Positions 61,183-64,000 of a stretch of 64,000 bases of DNA are shown here, one piece after another. The first letter of the stretch is position 1, and every line of letters starts with the position of its first letter. The position numbers were made by a program, and so were the translations under genes. The notes beneath the pieces are model-generated. The model had not been told where the DNA came from. It did not search any database and saw nothing but the letters and a program-made list of their open reading frames with translations. The stretch comes from an uncultured candidate division Zixibacteria bacterium (GTDB lineage Bacteria > Zixibacteria > MSB-5A5 > RBG-16-43-9), in the NCBI GenBank assembly GCA_963713865.1, contig OY970208.1, positions 1,408,001-1,472,000 of the forward strand, read 5' to 3'.

Positions 61183-62133
61183 ATGAGCGATAAAAAATTT
61201 GCGTTTCTTTTTCCAGGTCAGGGTTCTCAATATGTGGGGATGGCTAAGGATTTATATGAATCTTCTCCACAGGTAAAAGAGCTTTACGATAGAGCTTCGA
61301 AAATCTTAGGATACGATTTAGCTAGAGTCTGTTTCGAAGGACCAGAGGAGGTGTTAGTCCAAACTAAATATACCCAGCCAGCTATCTTTGTGCACAGCCT
61401 TTCACTTTATCATTTTTTAGAAAAGGATGGGATCGAACCTTCTTATGTGGCAGGTCACAGTTTAGGTGAATATTCAGCGGCGGTTAGCGCTGGGATTTTC
61501 TCATTTGAGGATGGGCTTTTTGCGGTGAAGAAGCGCAGTAGTTTGATGCAGAAAGCCTGTGATAAGGAAAAAGGGACTATGGTTGCAATCATTGGTTTGT
61601 CCAGAGATAAAATTCTGGAGATCTGTAAACTAGCCTCAGAGTTTGGTATAATCCAGCCAGCTAATTTCAATTCCTCAGACCAGGTAGCTATAACCGGAGA
61701 TCTTAAGGGAGTGGAAAAGGGAGCGGAGTTGGCTAAGGAGGCTGGAGCTAAAAGGGTAATTATGCTTACAGTGGGGGGAGCTTATCATTCTCCTTTGATG
61801 AACTCAGCTAAAGATGGAATGGCTGAGGTTCTGAATAAGGTAAAGATAAATCAGGGGAAGGTGTGGTTGATTGCAAATGTTACTGCCAGACCGGTGGATG
61901 ATCCGGTAGAGATAAAAAATCTTTTAGTAGAGCAGATAACCAGTCCGGTTCTCTGGCATCAGTCGATGGAATATCTTTATGGACAAGGGATAAGAGATTT
62001 TGTTGAAATAGGACCCGGAAAAGTTTTGCAAGGACTGTTAAGAAGATCCTTTAAAGAGATTAATCTATACGGGATAGATAAACTTTCTGAACTTGAGAAG
62101 TTCAGAGATGATTATAAAACGGTGAAGGTTTGA
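61183..62133 (+). CDS. fabD: Malonyl-CoA:ACP transacylase
   Basis: FPGQGSQ, GHSLGEY, AYHS. Confidence 0.96.
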   Translation: MSDKKFAFLFPGQGSQYVGMAKDLYESSPQVKELYDRASKILGYDLARVCFEGPEEVLVQTKYTQPAIFVHSLSLYHFLEKDGIEPSYVAGHSLGEYSAAVSAGIFSFEDGLFAVKKRSSLMQKACDKEKGTMVAIIGLSRDKILEICKLASEFGIIQPANFNSSDQVAITGDLKGVEKGAELAKEAGAKRVIMLTVGGAYHSPLMNSAKDGMAEVLNKVKINQGKVWLIANVTARPVDDPVEIKNLLVEQITSPVLWHQSMEYLYGQGIRDFVEIGPGKVLQGLLRRSFKEINLYGIDKLSELEKFRDDYKTVKV

Positions 62134-62879
62134 AGATGGAATTAAAAGGGAAAGTAGCTTTAATTACCGGTGCGGCTCAGGGAATAGGAAAAGCAATTTC
62201 TGAGAAATTAGCTTCCTTAGGAGTCAATTTGATTATCTGGGACGTAAATTTTGAATTGGCTGAAGAAATAGCTCAGGAATTGAAGGATAAAACTAAGATA
62301 AATGTATTAGCTCAAAAAGTGGATGTCTCGAATTACTTGTCAGTTGAGGAAAGCTTTAAAAAATCTCTGGAGAAATTTCAGCAGATCGATATTTTGGTGA
62401 ATAATGCAGGAATAACCCGGGATGGTCTTTTGATTCGGATGAGTGAAGAGGATTGGAATAAAGTCATAGATGTAAATCTAAAAGGTGCATTTAATTTATG
62501 TAAAGCTGTCTCAAGAATTATGCTTAAACAAAAATCCGGGAAAATCTTAAACATAAGCTCAGATGTGGGTATAATGGGGAATATTGGACAGGTAAACTAT
62601 TCAGCCTCCAAGGCTGGGATTATCGGTTTGACTAAATCTTTAGCCAAGGAGTTAGCTTCTCGTGGTATAACGGTTAATGCTATTGCTCCTGGATATATCA
62701 AGACCGAGATGACTGAAAAAATTTCAGAAGATGCTAAAAAGGCTTTTCTTTCATTGATCCCTTTGAAAAGAGAAGGATTACCGGAAGATGTGGCTAATTT
62801 GGTTGCCTTTTTGGTCTCAAATGAAGCAAGCTATATTACCGGACAGGTTATACAAGTAGATGGGGGACTGTTAATGTAA
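62130..62879 (+). CDS. fabG: 3-oxoacyl-ACP reductase
   Basis: TGAAQGIG, NNAGITRD, YSASK. Confidence 0.95.
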   Translation: MKMELKGKVALITGAAQGIGKAISEKLASLGVNLIIWDVNFELAEEIAQELKDKTKINVLAQKVDVSNYLSVEESFKKSLEKFQQIDILVNNAGITRDGLLIRMSEEDWNKVIDVNLKGAFNLCKAVSRIMLKQKSGKILNISSDVGIMGNIGQVNYSASKAGIIGLTKSLAKELASRGITVNAIAPGYIKTEMTEKISEDAKKAFLSLIPLKREGLPEDVANLVAFLVSNEASYITGQVIQVDGGLLM

Positions 62880-62971
62880 AAGATGGTTTAAGGGTTCAAG
62901 GAATAAAGAGAAAAAGTGATAAATAGATAAAAAACAATCCGTGAGACGCGGATAAAAGAGGAGGTGAAAAG

Positions 62972-63217
62972 ATGGCGTCAATTGAAGAAAAAATAAAAGA
63001 GATTATTGTAGAGCAGTTGGGGGTGGATCCAGCTCAGGTTATTCCAGAGGCTTCATTTGTAAATGACTTAGGTGCAGATTCTCTGGACACGGTAGAGTTA
63101 GTAATGGCATTAGAGGAGGAGTTTAATCTGGAAATACCGGATGAGGAAGCAGAGAAAATTTCCACAGTTGGACAGGCTATCGAATATATTAGGTCAAATA
63201 GTGCTAAGGAGGCGTAG
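62972..63217 (+). CDS. acpP: Acyl carrier protein
   Basis: [14 protein letters not shown]. Confidence 0.97.
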   Translation: MASIEEKIKEIIVEQLGVDPAQVIPEASFVNDLGADSLDTVELVMALEEEFNLEIPDEEAEKISTVGQAIEYIRSNSAKEA

Positions 63218-63272
63218 AATTCTGAAAAATCTTTCTAAGTATGAGAAAGATTAACAAATTCAATGGAGTTAA

Positions 63273-64000
63273 ATGAAGAAGAGAGTTGTTATTACCGGAT
63301 TAGGGGTTATCTCTCCTGTGGGCAACAATGTTGAAGAGTTCTGGGAAGCTTTGATTAGCGGGAAATCTGGAGCAGGTAAAATTTCTAGATTTGATACTTC
63401 TAATTACACTACCAGGATAGCAGCGGAGGTAAAGGGTTTTGATCCTTTGAATTATTTAGAAAAGAAGGAAGCCCGCAGGATGGATTTAAGTGAACAATAT
63501 TCTTTAGCTGCCGCTTTTCAAGTAATGCAGGATGCTAAACTGGATTCTAATTCTTATGTTCCGGAAAAAACCGGTACGATTATCGGGAGTGGAATTGGAG
63601 GTGTGGATACCTTAGAAAAGCAACATTCTGTCCTTTTAAAAGATGGACCTGGTAGGGTAAGTCCTTTCTTCGTACCGATGATGATTATCGATATGTCTGC
63701 TGGTTTGGTTTCTATCAAGTATAATCTTAAAGGACCAAATTATGCTACAGTCTCTGCCTGTGCTTCTGGTGCAAATGCGATTGGAGATGCTTTTAAGATT
63801 ATTCAGAGAGGGGATGCAGAGGTTATGATAGCTGGAGGTAGCGAAGCTTCAATAACTCCTCTTTCCTTAGCAGGTTTTTGTTCTGCCCGAGCTCTTTCCA
63901 CCAGGAATGAAGAGCCAGAAAAAGCCTCAAGGCCTTTTGACAAATTAAGGGATGGTTTTGTGATGGGTGAAGGTTCCGGGATGATTGTCTTAGAGAGTTT
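63273..64000 (+). CDS. fabF: 3-oxoacyl-ACP synthase II, 3'-truncated by window edge
   Basis: MKKRVVITGLGVISPVG...SACASG...RPFDKLRDGFVMGEG; open to the end of the window. Confidence 0.95.
   Translation, partial: MKKRVVITGLGVISPVGNNVEEFWEALISGKSGAGKISRFDTSNYTTRIAAEVKGFDPLNYLEKKEARRMDLSEQYSLAAAFQVMQDAKLDSNSYVPEKTGTIIGSGIGGVDTLEKQHSVLLKDGPGRVSPFFVPMMIIDMSAGLVSIKYNLKGPNYATVSACASGANAIGDAFKIIQRGDAEVMIAGGSEASITPLSLAGFCSARALSTRNEEPEKASRPFDKLRDGFVMGEGSGMIVLES

Noticed and set aside
1-64000. CRISPR array
   Set aside because: No constant 23-47 nt repeat with regular unique spacers and no cas genes; the repeats are REPs, short periodic arrays or coding repeats

Overview
AT-rich bacterial chromosomal window. 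The many secreted proteins ending in a 'GDAN.DGK.N.SDV.YLINYLFKGGP.P' dockerin-like tail or a 'YPNPFNP' FlgD-Ig/T9SS-like tail suggest candidate phylum Zixibacteria or a relative (inference from memory, not a search). Coding content: dockerin-tailed surface proteins (FG-GAP protein, a cohesin-like/FN3 scaffold, M14 and S8 peptidases), Tat-signal TldD with PmbA, a BanI-like restriction endonuclease paired with an amino-methyltransferase, a TPP-riboswitch-controlled AIR-synthase-family gene, a sigma54-driven lipoprotein/beta-barrel operon, a frameshifted acyl-CoA dehydratase activase, DUF885, ACT, macro and YprB genes, a liv ABC operon interrupted by a four-helix-bundle gene, a nonsense-broken REP-associated tyrosine transposase, an MrfA/YprA helicase, an ArnT-like transferase, a cobalamin riboswitch with a TonB receptor, a hybrid kinase, a tandem duplication of beta-propeller genes, and the yceD-rpmF-plsX-fabH-fabD-fabG-acpP-fabF cluster. 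The most unusual signals are non-coding: (i) 7/8-nt periodic repeat arrays in many intergenic spaces, which form inverted flanks around the four-helix-bundle gene; (ii) nested micro-elements (GTAG REPs, 21-nt TCC..GGATCC..GGA and 15-nt TCCGCCnnnGGCGGA inserts), some in frame within genes; (iii) a candidate sigma54-dependent small RNA. No CRISPR array, rRNA or tRNA was seen.
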